Assembly: GCA_964057225.1 (NCBI GenBank)
Contig: OZ059898.1
Location: 19,468,001-19,532,000, forward strand
Length of the DNA stretch: 64,000 nt
From: Auanema rhodensis
Lineage: Eukaryota; Animalia; Nematoda
Direction: 5' to 3'
Below the pieces are notes generated by a model. That model saw only the letters and a program-made list of their open reading frames with translations. It was not told the DNA's origin and made no database searches. Below are positions 41,601 through 57,400 of the stretch, piece after piece. Position numbers and translations under genes: made by a program. Positions within the stretch are counted from its first letter, which is position 1, and each line of letters begins with the position of its first letter.

Positions 41601-44600
41601 GTCAAAATGTTTTTGGAAGCAATGTTGAGTGTACATGGAAACTCAACATACACTAATGCATCATTTTTCAAACGATCATAACTAATTTTTGTATTAAGCG
41701 TTTTTCAATGTAGTATAGTGCATTCGATGCGGATTTTTAAGCTGCGTCGATCTGTGTTGTCAGATTTGCGCTAGCTTAAAAATGCACCGAGACATCAACT
41801 GATATAAGTTCACACTTATATCCTCGATTTTCACCCTGAAGAATTAATTTTTTCGTTGAATAACATTGTCCATCGTCTTTGCCTTGAAAAAAGAAATCTA
41901 AAAACATCTACTTTTTGCTAAATTATTCTGAAATTTTTCGAAAAAATTTTTGTCAAAATGTTTTTGGAAGCAATGTTGAGTGTACATGGAAACTCAACAT
42001 ACACTAATGCATCATTTTTCAAACGATCATAACTAATTTCTGTATTAAACGTTTCTCAATGTAGTATAGTGCATTCGATGCGGATTTTTAAGCTGCGTCG
42101 ATCTGTGTTGTCAGATTTGCGCTAGCTTAAAAATGCACCGAGACATCAACTGATACAAGTTCACACTTATATCCTCGATTTTCACCCTGAAGAAATAATT
42201 TTTTCGTTGAATAACATTGTCCATCGTCTTTGCCTTGAAAAAAGAAATCTAAAAACATTTACTTTTTGCTAAATTATTTTGAAATATTTCGAAAAAATTT
42301 TTGTCAAAATGTTTTTGGAAGCAATGTTGAGTGTACATGGAAACTCAACATACACTATTGCATCATTTTTCAAACGATCATAACTAATTTTTGTATTAAG
42401 CGTTTCTCAATGTAGTATAGTGCATTCGATGCTGATTTTTAAGCTGCGTCGATTTGTGTTATCAGATTTGCGCTAGCTTAAAAATGCACCGAGACATCAA
42501 CTGATATAAGTTCACACTTATATCCTCGATTTTCACCCTGAAGAATTAATTTTTTCGTTGAATAACGTTGTCCATCGTCTTTGCCTTGAAAAAAGGAATC
42601 TAAAAACATCTACTTTTTGCTAAATTATTTCGAAATTTTTCGAAAAAATTTTTGTCAAAATGTTTTTGGAAGCAATGTTGAGTGTACATGGAAACTCAAC
42701 ATACACTAATGCATCATTTTTCAAACGATCATAACTAATTTTTGTATTAAGCGTTTTTCAATGTAGTTTAGTGCATTCGATGCGGATTTTTAAGCTGCGT
42801 CGATCTGTGTTATCAGATTTGCGCTAGCTTAAAAATGCACCGAGACATCAACTGATATAAGTTCACACTTATATCCTCGATTTTCACCCTGAAGAATTTA
42901 TTTTTTCGTTGAATAACATTGTCCATCGTCTTTGCCTTGAAAAAAGGAATCTAAAAACATCTACTTTTTGCTAAATTATTCTGAAATTTTTCGAAAAAAT
43001 TTTTGTCAAAATGTTTTTGGAAGCAATGTTGAGTGTACATGGAAACTCAACATACACTAATGCATCATTTTTCAAACGATCACAACTAATTTTTGTATAA
43101 AGCGTTTCTCAATGTAGTATAGTGCATTCGATGCAGATTTGTAAGCTGCGTCGATCTGTGTTATCAGATTTGCGCTAGCTTAAAAATGCACCGAGACATC
43201 AACTGATATAAGTTCACACTTATATCCTCGATTTTCACCCTGAAGAATTAATTTTTTCGTTGAATAACGTTGTCCATCGTCTTTGCCTTGAAAAAAGGAA
43301 TCTAAAAACATCTACTTTTTGCTAAATTATTTCGAAATTTTTCGAAAAAATTTTTGTCAAAATGTTTTTGGAAGCAATGTTGAGTGTACATGGAAACTCA
43401 ACATACACTAATGCATCATTTTTCAAACGATCATAACTAATTTTTGTATTAAGCGTTTTTCAATGTAGTATAGTGCATTCGATGCGGATTTTTAAGCTGC
43501 GTCGATCTGTGTTATCAGATTTGCGCTAGCTTAAAAATGCACCGAGACATCAACTGATATAAGTTCACACTTATATCCTCGATTTTCACCCTGAAGAATT
43601 AATTTTTTCGTTGAATAACATTGTCCATCGTCTTTGCCTTGAAAAACGAAATCTGAAAACTTCTACTTTTTGCTAAATTATTTTGAAATTTTTCGAAAAA
43701 ATTTTTGTCAAAATGTTTTTGGAAGCAATGTTGAGTGTACATGGAAACTCAACATACACTAATGCATCATTTTTCAAACGATCACAACTAATTTTTGTAT
43801 AAAGCGTTTCTCAATGTAGTATAGTGCATTCGATGCAGATTTGTAAGCTGCGTCGATCTGTGTTATCAGATTTGCGCTAGCTTAAAAATGCACCGAGACA
43901 TCAACTGATATAAGTTCACACTTATATCCTCGATTTTCACCCTGAAGAATTTATTTTTTCGTTGAATAACATTGTCCATCGTCTTTGCCTTGAAAAAAGG
44001 AATCTAAAAACATCTACTTTTTGCTAAATTATTCTGAAATTTTTCGAAAAAATTTTTGTCAAAATGTTTTTGGAAGCAATGTTGAGTGTACATGGAAACT
44101 CAACATACACTAATGCATCATTTTTCAAACGATCATAACTAATTTCTGTATTAAACGTTTCTCAATGTAGTATAGTGCATTCGATGCGGATTTTTAAGCT
44201 GCGTCGATCTGTGTTATCAGATTTGCGCTAGCTTAAAAATGCACCGAGACATCAACTGATATAAGTTCACACTTATATCCTCGATTTTCACCCTGAAGAA
44301 TTAATTTTTTCGTTGAATAACATTGTCCATCGTCTTTGCCTTGAAAAACGAAATCTGAAAACTTCTACTTTTTGCTAAATTATTTTGAAATTTTTCGAAA
44401 AAATTTTTGTCAAAATGTTTTTGGAAGCAATGTTGAGTGTACATGGAAACTCAACATACACTAATGCATCATTTTTCAAACGATCACAACTAATTTTTGT
44501 ATAAAGCGTTTCTCAATGTAGTATAGTGCATTCGATGCAGATTTGTAAGCTGCGTCGATCTGTGTTATCAGATTTGCGCTAGCTTAAAAATGCACCGAGA

Positions 44601-47600
44601 TATCAACTAATATAAGTTCACACTTATATCCTCGATTTTCACCCTGAAGAATTAATTTTTTCGTTGAATAACATTAGCCATCGTCTTTGCCTTATAAAAA
44701 GAAATCTAAAAACATTTACTTTTTGCTAAATTATTTTGAAATTTTTCGAAAAAATTTTTGTCAAAATGTTTTTGGAAGCAATGTTGAGTGTACATGGAAA
44801 CTCAACATACACTAATGCATCATTTTTCAAACGATCATAACTAATTTTTGTATTAAGCGTTTCTGAATGTAGTATAGTGCATTCGATGCGGATTTTTAAG
44901 CTGCGTCGATCTGTGTTGTCAGATTTGCGCTAGCTTAAAAATGCACCGAGACATCAACTGATATAAGTTCACACTTATATCCTCGATTTTCACCCTGAAG
45001 AAATAATTTTTTCGTTGAATAACATTGTCCATCGTCTTTGCCTTGAAAGAAGGAATCTAAAAACATCTACTTTTTGCTAAATTATTCTGAAATTTTTCGA
45101 AAAAATTTTTGTCAAAATGTTTTTGGAAGCAATGTTGAGTGTACATGGAAACTCAACATACACTAATGCATCATTTTCCAAACGATCATAACTAATTTCT
45201 GTATTAAGCGTTTCTCAATGTAGTATAGTGCATTCGATGCGGATTTTTAAGCTGCGTCGATCTGTGTTGTCAGATTTGCGCTAGCTTAAAAATGCACCGA
45301 GACATCAACTGATACAAGTTCACACTTATATCCTCGATTTTCACCCTGAAGAATTAATTTTTTCGTTGAATAACATTGTCCATCGTCTTTGCCTTGAAAA
45401 AAGGAATCTAAAAACATTTACTTTTTGCTGAATTATTTTGAAATTTTTCGAAAAAATTTTTGTCAAAATGTTTTTGGAAGCAATGTTGAGTGTACATGGA
45501 AACTCAACATACACTATTGCATCATTTTTCAAACGATCATAACTAATTTTTGTATTAAGCGTTTCTCAATGTAGTATAGTGCATTCGATGCAGATTTTTA
45601 AGCTGCGTCGATCTGTGTTATCAGATTTGCGCTAGCTTAAAAATGCACCGAGACATCAACTGATATAAGTTCACACTTATATCCTCGATTTTCACCCTGA
45701 AGAATTAATTTTTTCGTTGAATAACATTGTCCATCGTCTTTGCCTTGAAAAAAGGAATCTAAAAACATTTACTTTTTGCTAAATTATTTTGAAATTTTTC
45801 GAAAAAATTTTTGTCAAAATGTTTTTGGAAGCAATGTTGAGTGTACATGGAAACTCAACATACACTAATGCATCATTTTTCAAACGATCATAACTAATTT
45901 TTGTATTAAGCGTTTTTCAATGTAGTATAGTGCATTCGATGCGGATTTTTAAGCTGCGTCGATCTGTGTTATCAGATTTGCGCTAGCTTAAAAATGCACC
46001 GAGACATCAACTGATATAAGTTCACACTTATATCCTCGATTTTCACCCTGAAGAAATAATTTTTTCGTTGAATAACATTGTCCATCGTCTTTGCCTTCAA
46101 AGAAAGAATCTAAAAACATCTACTTTTTGCTAAATTATTCTGAAATTTTTCGAAAAAATTTTTGTCAAAATGTTTTTGGAAGCAATGTTGAGTGTACATG
46201 GAAACTCAACATACACTAATGCATCATTTTTCAAACGATCATAACTAATTTCTGTATTAAGCGTTTCTCAATGTAGTATAGTGCATTCGATGCGGATTTT
46301 TAAGCTGCGTCGATCTGTGTTGTCAGATTTGCGCTAGCTTAAAAATGCACCGAGACATCAACTGATACAAGTTCACACTTATATCCTCGATTTTCACCCT
46401 GAAGAATTAATTTTTTCGTTGAATAACATTGTCCATCGTCTTTGCCTTGAAAAAAGGAATCTAAAAACATTTACTTTTTGCTAAATTATTTTGAAATTTT
46501 TCGAAAAAATTTTTGTCAAAATGTTTTTGGAAGCAATGTTGAGTGTACATGGAAACTCAACATACACTAATGCATCATTTTTCAAACGATCATAACTAAT
46601 TTTTGTATTAAGCGTTTTTCAATGTAGTATAGTGCATTCGATGCGGATTTTTAAGCTGCGTCGATCTGTGTTATCAGATTTGCGCTAGCTTAAAAATGCA
46701 CCGAGACATCAACTGATATAAGTTCACACTTATATCCTCGATTTTCACCCTGAAGAAATAATTTTTTCGTTGAATAACATTGTCCATCGTCTTTGCCTTG
46801 AAAGAAAGAATCTAAAAACATCTACTTTTTGCTAAATTATTCTGAAATTTTTCGAAAAAATTTTTGTCAAAATGTTTTTGGAAGCAATGTTGAGTGTACA
46901 TGGAAACTCAACATACACTAATGCATCATTTTTCAAACGATCATAACTAATTTCTGTATTAAGCGTTTCTCAATGTAGTATAGTGCATTCGATGCGGATT
47001 TTTAAGCTGCGTCGATCTGTGTTGTCAGATTTGCGCTAGCTTAAAAATGCACCGAGACATCAACTGATACAAGTTCACACTTATATCCTCGATTTTCACC
47101 CTGAAGAATTAATTTTTTCGTTGAATAACATTGTCCATCGTCTTTGCCTTGAAAAAAGGAATCTAAAAACATTTACTTTTTGCTAAATTATTTTGAAATT
47201 TTTCGAAAAAATTTTTGTCAAAATGTTTTTGGAAGCAATGTTGAGTGTACATGGAAACTCAACATACACTAATGCATCATTTTTCAAACGATCATAACTA
47301 ATTTCTGTATTAAACGTTTCTCAATGTAGTATAGTGCATTCGATGCGGATTTTTAAGCTGCGTCGATCTGTGTTATCAGATTTGCGCTAGCTTAAAAATG
47401 CACCGAGACATCAACTGATATAAGTTCACACTTATATCCTCGATTTTCACCCTGAAGAATTAATTTTTTCGTTGAATAACATTGTCCATCGTCTTTGCCT
47501 TGAAAAACGAAATCTGAAAACTTCTACTTTTTGCTAAATTATTTTGAAATTTTTCGAAAAAATTTTTGTCAAAATGTTTTTGGAAGCAATGTTGAGTGTA

Positions 47601-50600
47601 CATGGAAACTCAACATACACTAATGCATCATTTTTCAAACGATCATAACTAATTTCTGTATTAAACGTTTCTCAATGTAGTATAGTGCATTCGATGCGGA
47701 TTTTTAAGCTGCGTCGATCTGTGTTATCAGATTTGCGCTAGCTTAAAAATGCACCGAGACATCAACTGATATAAGTTCACACTTATATCCTCGATTTTCA
47801 CCCTGAAGAATTAATTTTTTCGTTGAATAACATTGTCCATCGTCTTTGCCTTGAAAAACGAAATCTGAAAACTTCTACTTTTTGCTAAATTATTTTGAAA
47901 TTTTTCGAAAAAATTTTTGTCAAAATGTTTTTGGAAGCAATGTTGAGTGTACATGGAAACTCAACATACACTAATGCATCATTTTTCAAACGATCATAAC
48001 TAATTTTTGTATTAAACGTTTCTCAATGTAGTATAGTGCATTCGATGCGGATTTTTAAGCTGCGTCGATCTGTGTTATCAGATTTGCGCTAGCTTAAAAA
48101 TGCACCGAGACATCAACTGATATAAGTTCACACTTATATCCTCGATTTTCACCCTGAAGAATTAATTTTTTCGTTGAATAACATTGTCCATCGTCTTTGC
48201 CTTGAAAAACGAAATCTGAAAACATCTACTTTTTGCTAAATTATTTTGAAATTTTTCGAAAAAATTTTTGTCAAAATGTTTTTGGAAGCAATGTTGAGTG
48301 TACATGGAAACTCAACATACACTAATGCATCATTTTTTAAACGATCACAACTAATTTTTGTATAAAGCGTTTCTCAATGTAGTATAGTGCATTCGATGCA
48401 GATTTGTAAGCTGCGTCGATCTGTGTTATCAGATTTGCGCTAGCTTAAAAGTGCACCGAGATATCAACTGATATAAGTTCACACTTATATCCTCGATTTT
48501 CACCCTGAAGAATTAATTTTTTCGTTGAATAACATTAGCCATCGTCTTTGCCTTATAAAAAGGAATCTAAAAACATTTACTTTTTGCTAAATTATTTTGA
48601 AATTTTTCGAAAAAATTTTTGTCAAAATGTTTTTGGAAGCAATGTTGAGTGTACATGGAAACTCAACATACACTAATGCATCATTTTTCAAACGATCATA
48701 ACTAATTTTTGTATTAAGCGTTTCTCAATGTAGTATAGTGCATTCGATGCGGATTTTTAAGCTGCGTCGATCTGTGTTGTCAGATTTGCGCTAGCTTAAA
48801 AATGCACCGAGACATCAACTGATATAAGTTCACACTTATATCCTCGATTTTCACCCTGAAGAAATAATTTTTTCGTTGAATAACATTGTCCATCGTCTTT
48901 GCCTTGAAAGAAGGAATCTAAAAACATCTACTTTTTGCTAAACTATTCTGAAATTTTTCGAAAAAATTTTTGTCAAAATGTTTTTGGAAGCAATGTTGAG
49001 TGTACATGGAAACTCAACATACACTAATGCATCATTTTTCAAACGATCATAACTAATTTCTGTATTAAGCGTTTCTCAATGTAGTATAGTGCATTCGATG
49101 CGGATTTTTAAGCTGCGTCGATCTGTGTTGTCAGATTTGCGCTAGCTTAAAAATGCACCGAGACATCAACTGATACAAGTTCACACTTATATCCTCGATT
49201 TTCATCCTGAAGAATTAATTTTTTCGTTGAAAAACATTGTCCATCGTCTTTGCCTTGAAAAAAGAAATCTAAAAACATTTACTTTTTGCTAAATTATTTT
49301 GAAATTTTTCGAAAAAATTTTTGTCAAAATGTTTTTGGAAGCAATGTTGAGTGTACATGGAAACTCAACATACACTAATGCATCATTTTTCAAACGATCA
49401 TAACTAATTTTTGTATTAAGCGTTTCTCAATGTAGTATAGTGCATTCGATGCGGATTTTTAAGCTGCGTCGATCTGTGTTGTCAGATTTGCGCTAGCTTA
49501 AAAATGCACCGAGACATCAACTGATACAAGTTCACACTTATATCCTCGATTTTCATCCTGAAGAATTAATTTTTTCGTTGAATAACATTGTCCATCGTCT
49601 TTGCCTTGAAAAACGAAATCTGAAAACTTCTACTTTTTGCTAAATTATTTTGAAATTTTTCGAAAAAATTTTTGTCAAAATGTTTTTGGAAGCAATGTTG
49701 AGTGTACATGGAAACTCAACATACACTAATGCATCATTTTTCAAACGATCATAACTAATTTTTGTATTAAGCGTTTCTCAATGTAGTATAGTGCATTCGA
49801 TGCTGATTTTTAAGCTGCGTCGATTTGTGTTATCAGATTTGCGCTAGCTTAAAAATGCACCGAGACATCAACTGATATAAGTTCACACTTATATCCTCGA
49901 TTTTCACCCTGAAGAATTAATTTTTTCGTTGAATAACGTTGTCCATCGTCTTTGCCTTGAAAAAAGGAATCTAAAAACATCTACTTTTTGCTAAATTATT
50001 TCGAAATTTTTCGAAAAAATTTTTGTCAAAATGTTTTTGGAAGCAATGTTGAGTGTACATGGAAACTCAACATACACTAATGCATCATTTTTCAAACGAT
50101 CATAACTAATTTTTGTATTAAGCGTTTTTCAATGTAGTATAGTGCATTCGATGCGGATTTTTAAGCTGCGTCGATCTGTGTTATCAGATTTGCGCTAGCT
50201 TAAAAATGCACCGAGACATCAACTGATATAAGTTCACACTTATATCCTCGATTTTCACCCTGAAGAATTGATTTTTTCGTTGAATAACATTGTCCATCGT
50301 CTTTGCCTTGAAAAACGAAATCTAAAAACATTTACTTTTTGCTAAATTATTTTGAAATTTTTCGAAAAAATTTTTGTCAAAATGTTTTTGGAAGCAATGT
50401 TGAGTGTACATGGAAACTCAACATACACTAATGCATCATTTTTCAAACGATCATAACTAATTTCTGTATTAAACGTTTCTCAATGTAGTATAGTGCATTC
50501 GATGCGGATTTTTAAGCTGCGTCGATCTGTGTTATCAGATTTGCGCTAGCTTAAAAATGCACCGAGACATCAACTGATATAAGTTCACACTTATATCCTC

Positions 50601-53600
50601 GATTTTCACCCTGAAGAATTTATTTTTTCGTTGAATAACATTGTCCATCGTCTTTGCCTTGAAAAAAGGAATCTAAAAACATCTACTTTTTGCTAAATTA
50701 TTCTGAAATTTTTCGAAAAAATTTTTGTCAAAATGTTTTTGGAAGCAATGTTGAGTGTACATGGAAACTCAACATACACTAATGCATCATTTTTCAAACG
50801 ATCATAACTAATTTTTGTATAAAGCGTTTCTCAATGTAGTATAGTGCATTCGATGCAGATTTGTGAGCTGCGTCGATCTGTGTTATCAGATTTGCGCTAG
50901 CTTAAAAATGCACCGAGATATCAACTGATATAAGTTCACACTTATATCCTCGATTTTCACCCTGAAGAATTAATTTTTTCGTTGAATAACATTAGCCATC
51001 GTCTTTGCCTTATAAAAAGGAATCTAAAAACATTTACTTTTTGCTAAATTATTTTGAAATTTTTCGAAAAAATTTTTGTCAAAATGTTTTTGGAAGCAAT
51101 GTTGAGTGTACATGGAAACTCAACATACACTAATGCATCATTTTTCAAACGATCATAACTAATTTTTGTATTAAACGTTTCTCAATGTAGTATAGTGCAT
51201 TCGATGCGGATTTTTAAGCTGCGTCGATCTGTGTTGTCAGATTTGCGCTAGCTTAAAAATGCACCGAGACATCAACTGATATAAGTTCACACTTATATCC
51301 TCGATTTTCACCCTGAAGAATTAATTTTTTCGTTGAATAACATTGTCCATCGTCTTTGCCTTGAAAAAAGAAATCTAAAAACATTTACTTTTTGCTAAAT
51401 TATTTTGAAATTTTTCGAAAAAATTTTTGTCAAAATGTTTTTGGAAGCAATGTTGAGTGTACATGGAAACTCAACATACACTAATGCATCATTTTTCAAA
51501 CGATCATAACTAATTTCTGTATTAAACGTTTCTCAATGTAGTATAGTGCATTCGATGCGGATTTTTAAGCTGCGTCGATCTGTGTTATCAGATTTGCGCT
51601 AGCTTAAAAATGCACCGAGACATCAACTGATATAAGTTCACACTTATATCCTCGATTTTCACCCTGAAGAATTAATTTTTTCGTTGAATAACGTTGTCCA
51701 TCGTCTTTGCCTTGAAAAAAGGAATCTAAAAACATCTACTTTTTGCTAAATTATTTCGAAATTTTTCGAAAAAATTTTTGTCAAAATGTTTTTGGAAGCA
51801 ATGTTGAGTGTACATGGAAACTCAACATACACTAATGCATCATTTTTCAAACGATCATAACTAATTTTTGTATTAAGCGTTTTTCAATGTAGTATAGTGC
51901 ATTCGATGCGGATTTTTAAGCTGCGTCGATCTGTGTTATCAGATTTGCGCTAGCTTAAAAATGCACCGAGACATCAACTGATATAAGTTCACACTTATAT
52001 CCTCGATTTTCACCCTGAAGAATTTATTTTTTCGTTGAATAACATTGTCCATCGTCTTTGCCTTGAAAAAAGGAATCTAAAAACATCTACTTTTTGCTAA
52101 ATTATTCTGAAATTTTTCGAAAAAATTTTTGTCAAAATGTTTTTGGAAGCAATGTTGAGTGTACATGGAAACTCAACATACACTAATGCATCATTTTTCA
52201 AACGATCATAACTAATTTCTGTATTAAGCGTTTCTCAATGTAGTATAGTGCATTCGATGCGGATTTTTAAGCTGCGTCGATCTGTGTTGTCAGATTTGCG
52301 CTAGCTTAAAAATGCACCGAGATATCAACTGATATAAGTTCACACTTATATCCTCGATTTTCACCCTGAAGAATTAATTTTTTCGTTGAATAACATTGTC
52401 CATCGTCTTTGCCTTGAAAAAAGAAATCTAAAAACATTTACTTTTTGCTAAATTATTTTGAAATTTTTCGAAAAAATTTTTGTCAAAATGTTTTTGGAAG
52501 CAATGTTGAGTGTACATGGAAACTCAACATACACTATTGCATCATTTTTCAAACGATCATAACTAATTTTTGTATTAAGCGTTTCTCAATGTAGTATAGT
52601 GCATTCGATGCTGATTTTTAAGCTGCGTCGATTTGTGTTATCAGATTTGCGCTAGCTTAAAAATGCACCGAGACATCAACTGATATAAGTTCACACTTAT
52701 ATCCTCGATTTTCACCCTGAAGAATTAATTTTTTCGTTGAATAACGTTGTCCATCGTCTTTGCCTTGAAAAAAGGAATCTAAAAACATCTACTTTTTGCT
52801 AAATTATTTCGAAATTTTTCCAAAAAATTTTTGTCAAAATGTTTTTGGAAGCAATGTTGAGTGTACATGGAAACTCAACATACACTAATGCATCATTTTT
52901 CAAACGATCATAACTAATTTTTGTATTAAGCGTTTTTCAATGTAGTATAGTGCATTCGATGCGGATTTTTAAGCTGCGTCGATCTGTGTTGTCAGATTTG
53001 CGCTAGCTTAAAAATGCACCGAGACATCAACTGATATAAGTTCACACTTATATCCTCGATTTTCACCCTGAAGAATTAATTTTTTCGTTGAATAACATTG
53101 TCCATCGTCTTTGCCTTGAAAAAAGAAATCTAAAAACATTTACTTTTTGCTAAATTATTTTGAAATTTTTCGAAAAAATTTTTGTCAAAATGTTTTTGGA
53201 AGCAATGTTGAGTGTACATGGAAACTCAACATACACTAATGCATCATTTTTCAAACGATCATAACTAATTTCTGTATTAAACGTTTCTCAATGTAGTATA
53301 GTGCATTCGATGCGGATTTTTAAGCTGCGTCGATCTGTGTTGTCAGATTTGCGCTAGCTTAAAAATGCACCGAGACATCAACTGATACAAGTTCACACTT
53401 ATATCCTCGATTTTCACCCTGAAGAAATAATTTTTTCGTTGAATAACATTGTCCATCGTCTTTGCCTTGAAAAAAGAAATCTAAAAACATTTACTTTTTG
53501 CTAAATTATTTTGAAATATTTCGAAAAAATTTTTGTCAAAATGTTTTTGGAAGCAATGTTGAGTGTACATGGAAACTCAACATACACTATTGCATCATTT

Positions 53601-54400
53601 TTCAAACGATCATAACTAATTTTTGTATTAAGCGTTTCTCAATGTAGTATAGTGCATTCGATGCTGATTTTTAAGCTGCGTCGATTTGTGTTATCAGATT
53701 TGCGCTAGCTTAAAAATGCACCGAGACATCAACTGATATAAGTTCACACTTATATCCTCGATTTTCACCCTGAAGAATTAATTTTTTCGTTGAATAACGT
53801 TGTCCATCGTCTTTGCCTTGAAAAAAGGAATCTAAAAACATCTACTTTTTGCTAAATTATTTCGAAATTTTTCGAAAAAATTTTTGTCAAAATGTTTTTG
53901 GAAGCAATGTTGAGTGTACATGGAAACTCAACATACACTAATGCATCATTTTTCAAACGATCATAACTAATTTTTGTATTAAGCGTTTTTCAATGTAGTA
54001 TAGTGCATTCGATGCGGATTTTTAAGCTGCGTCGATCTGTGTTATCAGATTTGCGCTAGCTTAAAAATGCACCGAGACATCAACTGATATAAGTTCACAC
54101 TTATATCCTCGATTTTCACCCTGAAGAATTTATTTTTTCGTTGAATAACATTGTCCATCGTCTTTGCCTTGAAAAAAGGAATCTAAAAACATCTACTTTT
54201 TGCTAAATTATTCTGAAATTTTTCGAAAAAATTTTTGTCAAAATGTTTTTGGAAGCAATGTTGAGTGTACATGGAAACTCAACATACACTAATGCATCAT
54301 TTTTCAAACGATCATAACTAATTTCTGTATTAAACGTTTCTCAATGTAGTATAGTGCATTCGATGCGGATTTTTAAGCTGCGTCGATCTGTGTTATCAGA
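32639..54400. repeat. Tandem segmental duplication of ~11 kb (31 monomers; the second copy has one extra monomer)
   Basis: Rare SNPs are offset by 10881 (33984/44865, 37570/48451, ORFs 34460/45341). After the extra monomer at 50891 they are offset by 11232 (41589/52821, 42286/53518). Confidence 0.9.
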
Positions 54401-57400
54401 TTTGCGCTAGCTTAAAAATGCACCGAGACATCAACTGATATAAGTTCACACTTATATCCTCGATTTTCACCCTGAAGAATTGATTTTTTCGTTGAATAAC
54501 ATTGTCCATCGTCTTTGCCTTGAAAAACGAAATCTGAAAACTTCTACTTTTTGCTAAATTATTTTGAAATTTTTCGAAAAAATTTTTGTCAAAATGTTTT
54601 TGGAAGCAATGTTGAGTGTACATGGAAACTCAACATACACTAATGCATCATTTTTCAAACGATCACAACTAATTTTTGTATAAAGCGTTTCTCAATGTCG
54701 TATAGTGCATTCGATGCAGATTTGTAAGCTGCGTCGATCTGTGTTATCAGATTTGCGCTAGCTTAAAAATGCACCGAGATATCAACTGATATAAGTTCAC
54801 ACTTATATCCTCGATTTTCACCCTGAAGAATTAATTTTTTCGTTGAATAACATAAGCCATCGTCTTTGCCTTAAAAAAAGGAATCTAAAAACATTTACTT
54901 TTTGCTAAATTATTTTGAAATTTTTCGAAAAAATTTTTGTCAAAATGTTTTTGGAAGCAATGTTGAGTGTACATGGAAACTCAACATACACTAATGCATT
55001 ATTTTTCAAACGATCATAACTAATTTTTGTATTGAGCGTTTCTCAATGTAGTATAGTGCATTCGATGCGGATTTTTAAGCTGCGTCGATCTGTGTTATCA
55101 GATTTGCGCTAGCTTAAAAATGCACCGAGATATCAACTGATATAAGTTCACACTTATTTCCTCGATTTTCACCCTGAAGAATTAATTTTTTCGTTGAATA
55201 ACGTTGTCCATCGTCTTTGCCTTGAAAAAAGGAATCTAAAAACATCTACTTTTTGCTAAATTATTTCGAAATTTTTCGAAAAAATTTTTGTCAAAATGTT
55301 TTTGGAAGCAATGTTGAGTGTACATGGAAACTCAACATACACTAATGCATCATTTTTCAAACGATCATAACTAATTTTTGTATTAAGCGTTTTTCAATGT
55401 AGTATAGTGCATTCGATGCGGATTTTTAAGCTGCGTCGATCTGTGTTATCAGATTTGCGCTAGCTTAAAAATGCACCGAGACATCAACTGATATAAGTTC
55501 ACACTTATATCCTCGATTTTCACCCTGAAGAATTTATTTTTTCGTTGAATAACATTGTCCATCGTCTTTGCCTTGAAAAAAGGAATCTAAAAACATCTAC
55601 TTTTTGCTAAATTATTCTGAAATTTTTCGAAAAAATTTTTGTCAAAATGTTTTTGGAAGCAATGTTGAGTGTACATGGAAACTCAACATACACTAATGCA
55701 TCATTTTTCAAACGATCATAACTAATTTCTGTATTAAACGTTTCTCAATGTAGTATAGTGCATTCGATGCGGATTTTTAAGCTGCGTCGATCTGTGTTAT
55801 CAGATTTGCGCTAGCTTAAAAATGCACCGAGACATCAACTGATATAAGTTCACACTTATATCCTCGATTTTCACCCTGAAGAATTGATTTTTTCGTTGAA
55901 TAACATTGTCCATCGTCTTTGCCTTGAAAAACGAAATCTGAAAACTTCTACTTTTTGCTAAATTATTTTGAAATTTTTCGAAAAAATTTTTGTCAAAATG
56001 TTTTTGGAAGCAATGTTGAGTGTACATGGAAACTCAACATACACTAATGCATCATTTTTCAAACGATCACAACTAATTTTTGTATAAAGCGTTTCTCAAT
56101 GTCGTATAGTGCATTCGATGCAGATTTGTAAGCTGCGTCGATCTGTGTTATCAGATTTGCGCTAGCTTAAAAATGCACCGAGATATCAACTGATATAAGT
56201 TCACACTTATATCCTCGATTTTCACCCTGAAGAATTAATTTTTTCGTTGAATAACATAAGCCATCGTCTTTGCCTTAAAAAAAGGAATCTAAAAACATTT
56301 ACTTTTTGCTAAATTATTTTGAAATTTTTCGAAAAAATTTTTGTCAAAATGTTTTTGGAAGCAATGTTGAGTGTACATGGAAACTCAACATACACTAATG
56401 CATTATTTTTCAAACGATCATAACTAATTTTTGTATTGAGCGTTTCTCAATGTAGTATAGTGCATTCGATGCGGATTTTTAAGCTGCGTCGATCTGTGTT
56501 ATCAGATTTGCGCTAGCTTAAAAATGCACCGAGACATCAACTGATATAAGTTCACACTTATATCCTCGATTTTCACCCTGAAGAAATAATTTTTTCGTTG
56601 AATAACATTGTCCATCGTCTTTGCCTTGAAAAAAAAAAAATCTAAAAACATCTACTTTTTGCTAAATTATTTTGAAATTTTTCCAAAAAATTTTTGTCAA
56701 AATGTTTTTGGAAGCAATGTTGAGTGTACATGGAAACTCAACATACACTAATGCATCATTTTTCAAACAATCATAACTAATTTTTGTATTAAGCGTTTCT
56801 CAATGTAGAATAGTGCATTCGATGCAGTTTTGTAAGCTGCGTCGATCTGTTTGATCAGATTTGGGCTAGCTTAAAAATGCACCGAGATATCAACTGATAT
56901 AAGTTCACACTTATATCCTCGATTTTCACCCTGAAGAATTAATTTTTTCGTTGAATAACGTTGTCCATCGTCTTTGCCTTGAAAAAAGGAATCTAAAAAC
57001 ATCTACTTTTTGCTAAATTATTTCGAAATTTTTCGAAAAAATTTTTGTCAAAATGTTTTTGGAAGCAATGTTGAGTGTACATGGAAACTCAACATACACT
57101 AATGCATCATTTTTCAAACGATCATAACTAATTTTTGTATTAAGCGTTTTTCAATGTAGTATAGTGCATTCGATGCGGATTTTTAAGCTGCGTCGATCTG
57201 TGTTATCAGATTTGCGCTAGCTTAAAAATGCACCGAGACATCAACTGATATAAGTTCACACTTATATCCTCGATTTTCACCCTGAAGAATTTATTTTTTC
57301 GTTGAATAACATTGTCCATCGTCTTTGCCTTGAAAAAAGGAATCTAAAAACATCTACTTTTTGCTAAATTATTCTGAAATTTTTCGAAAAAATTTTTGTC

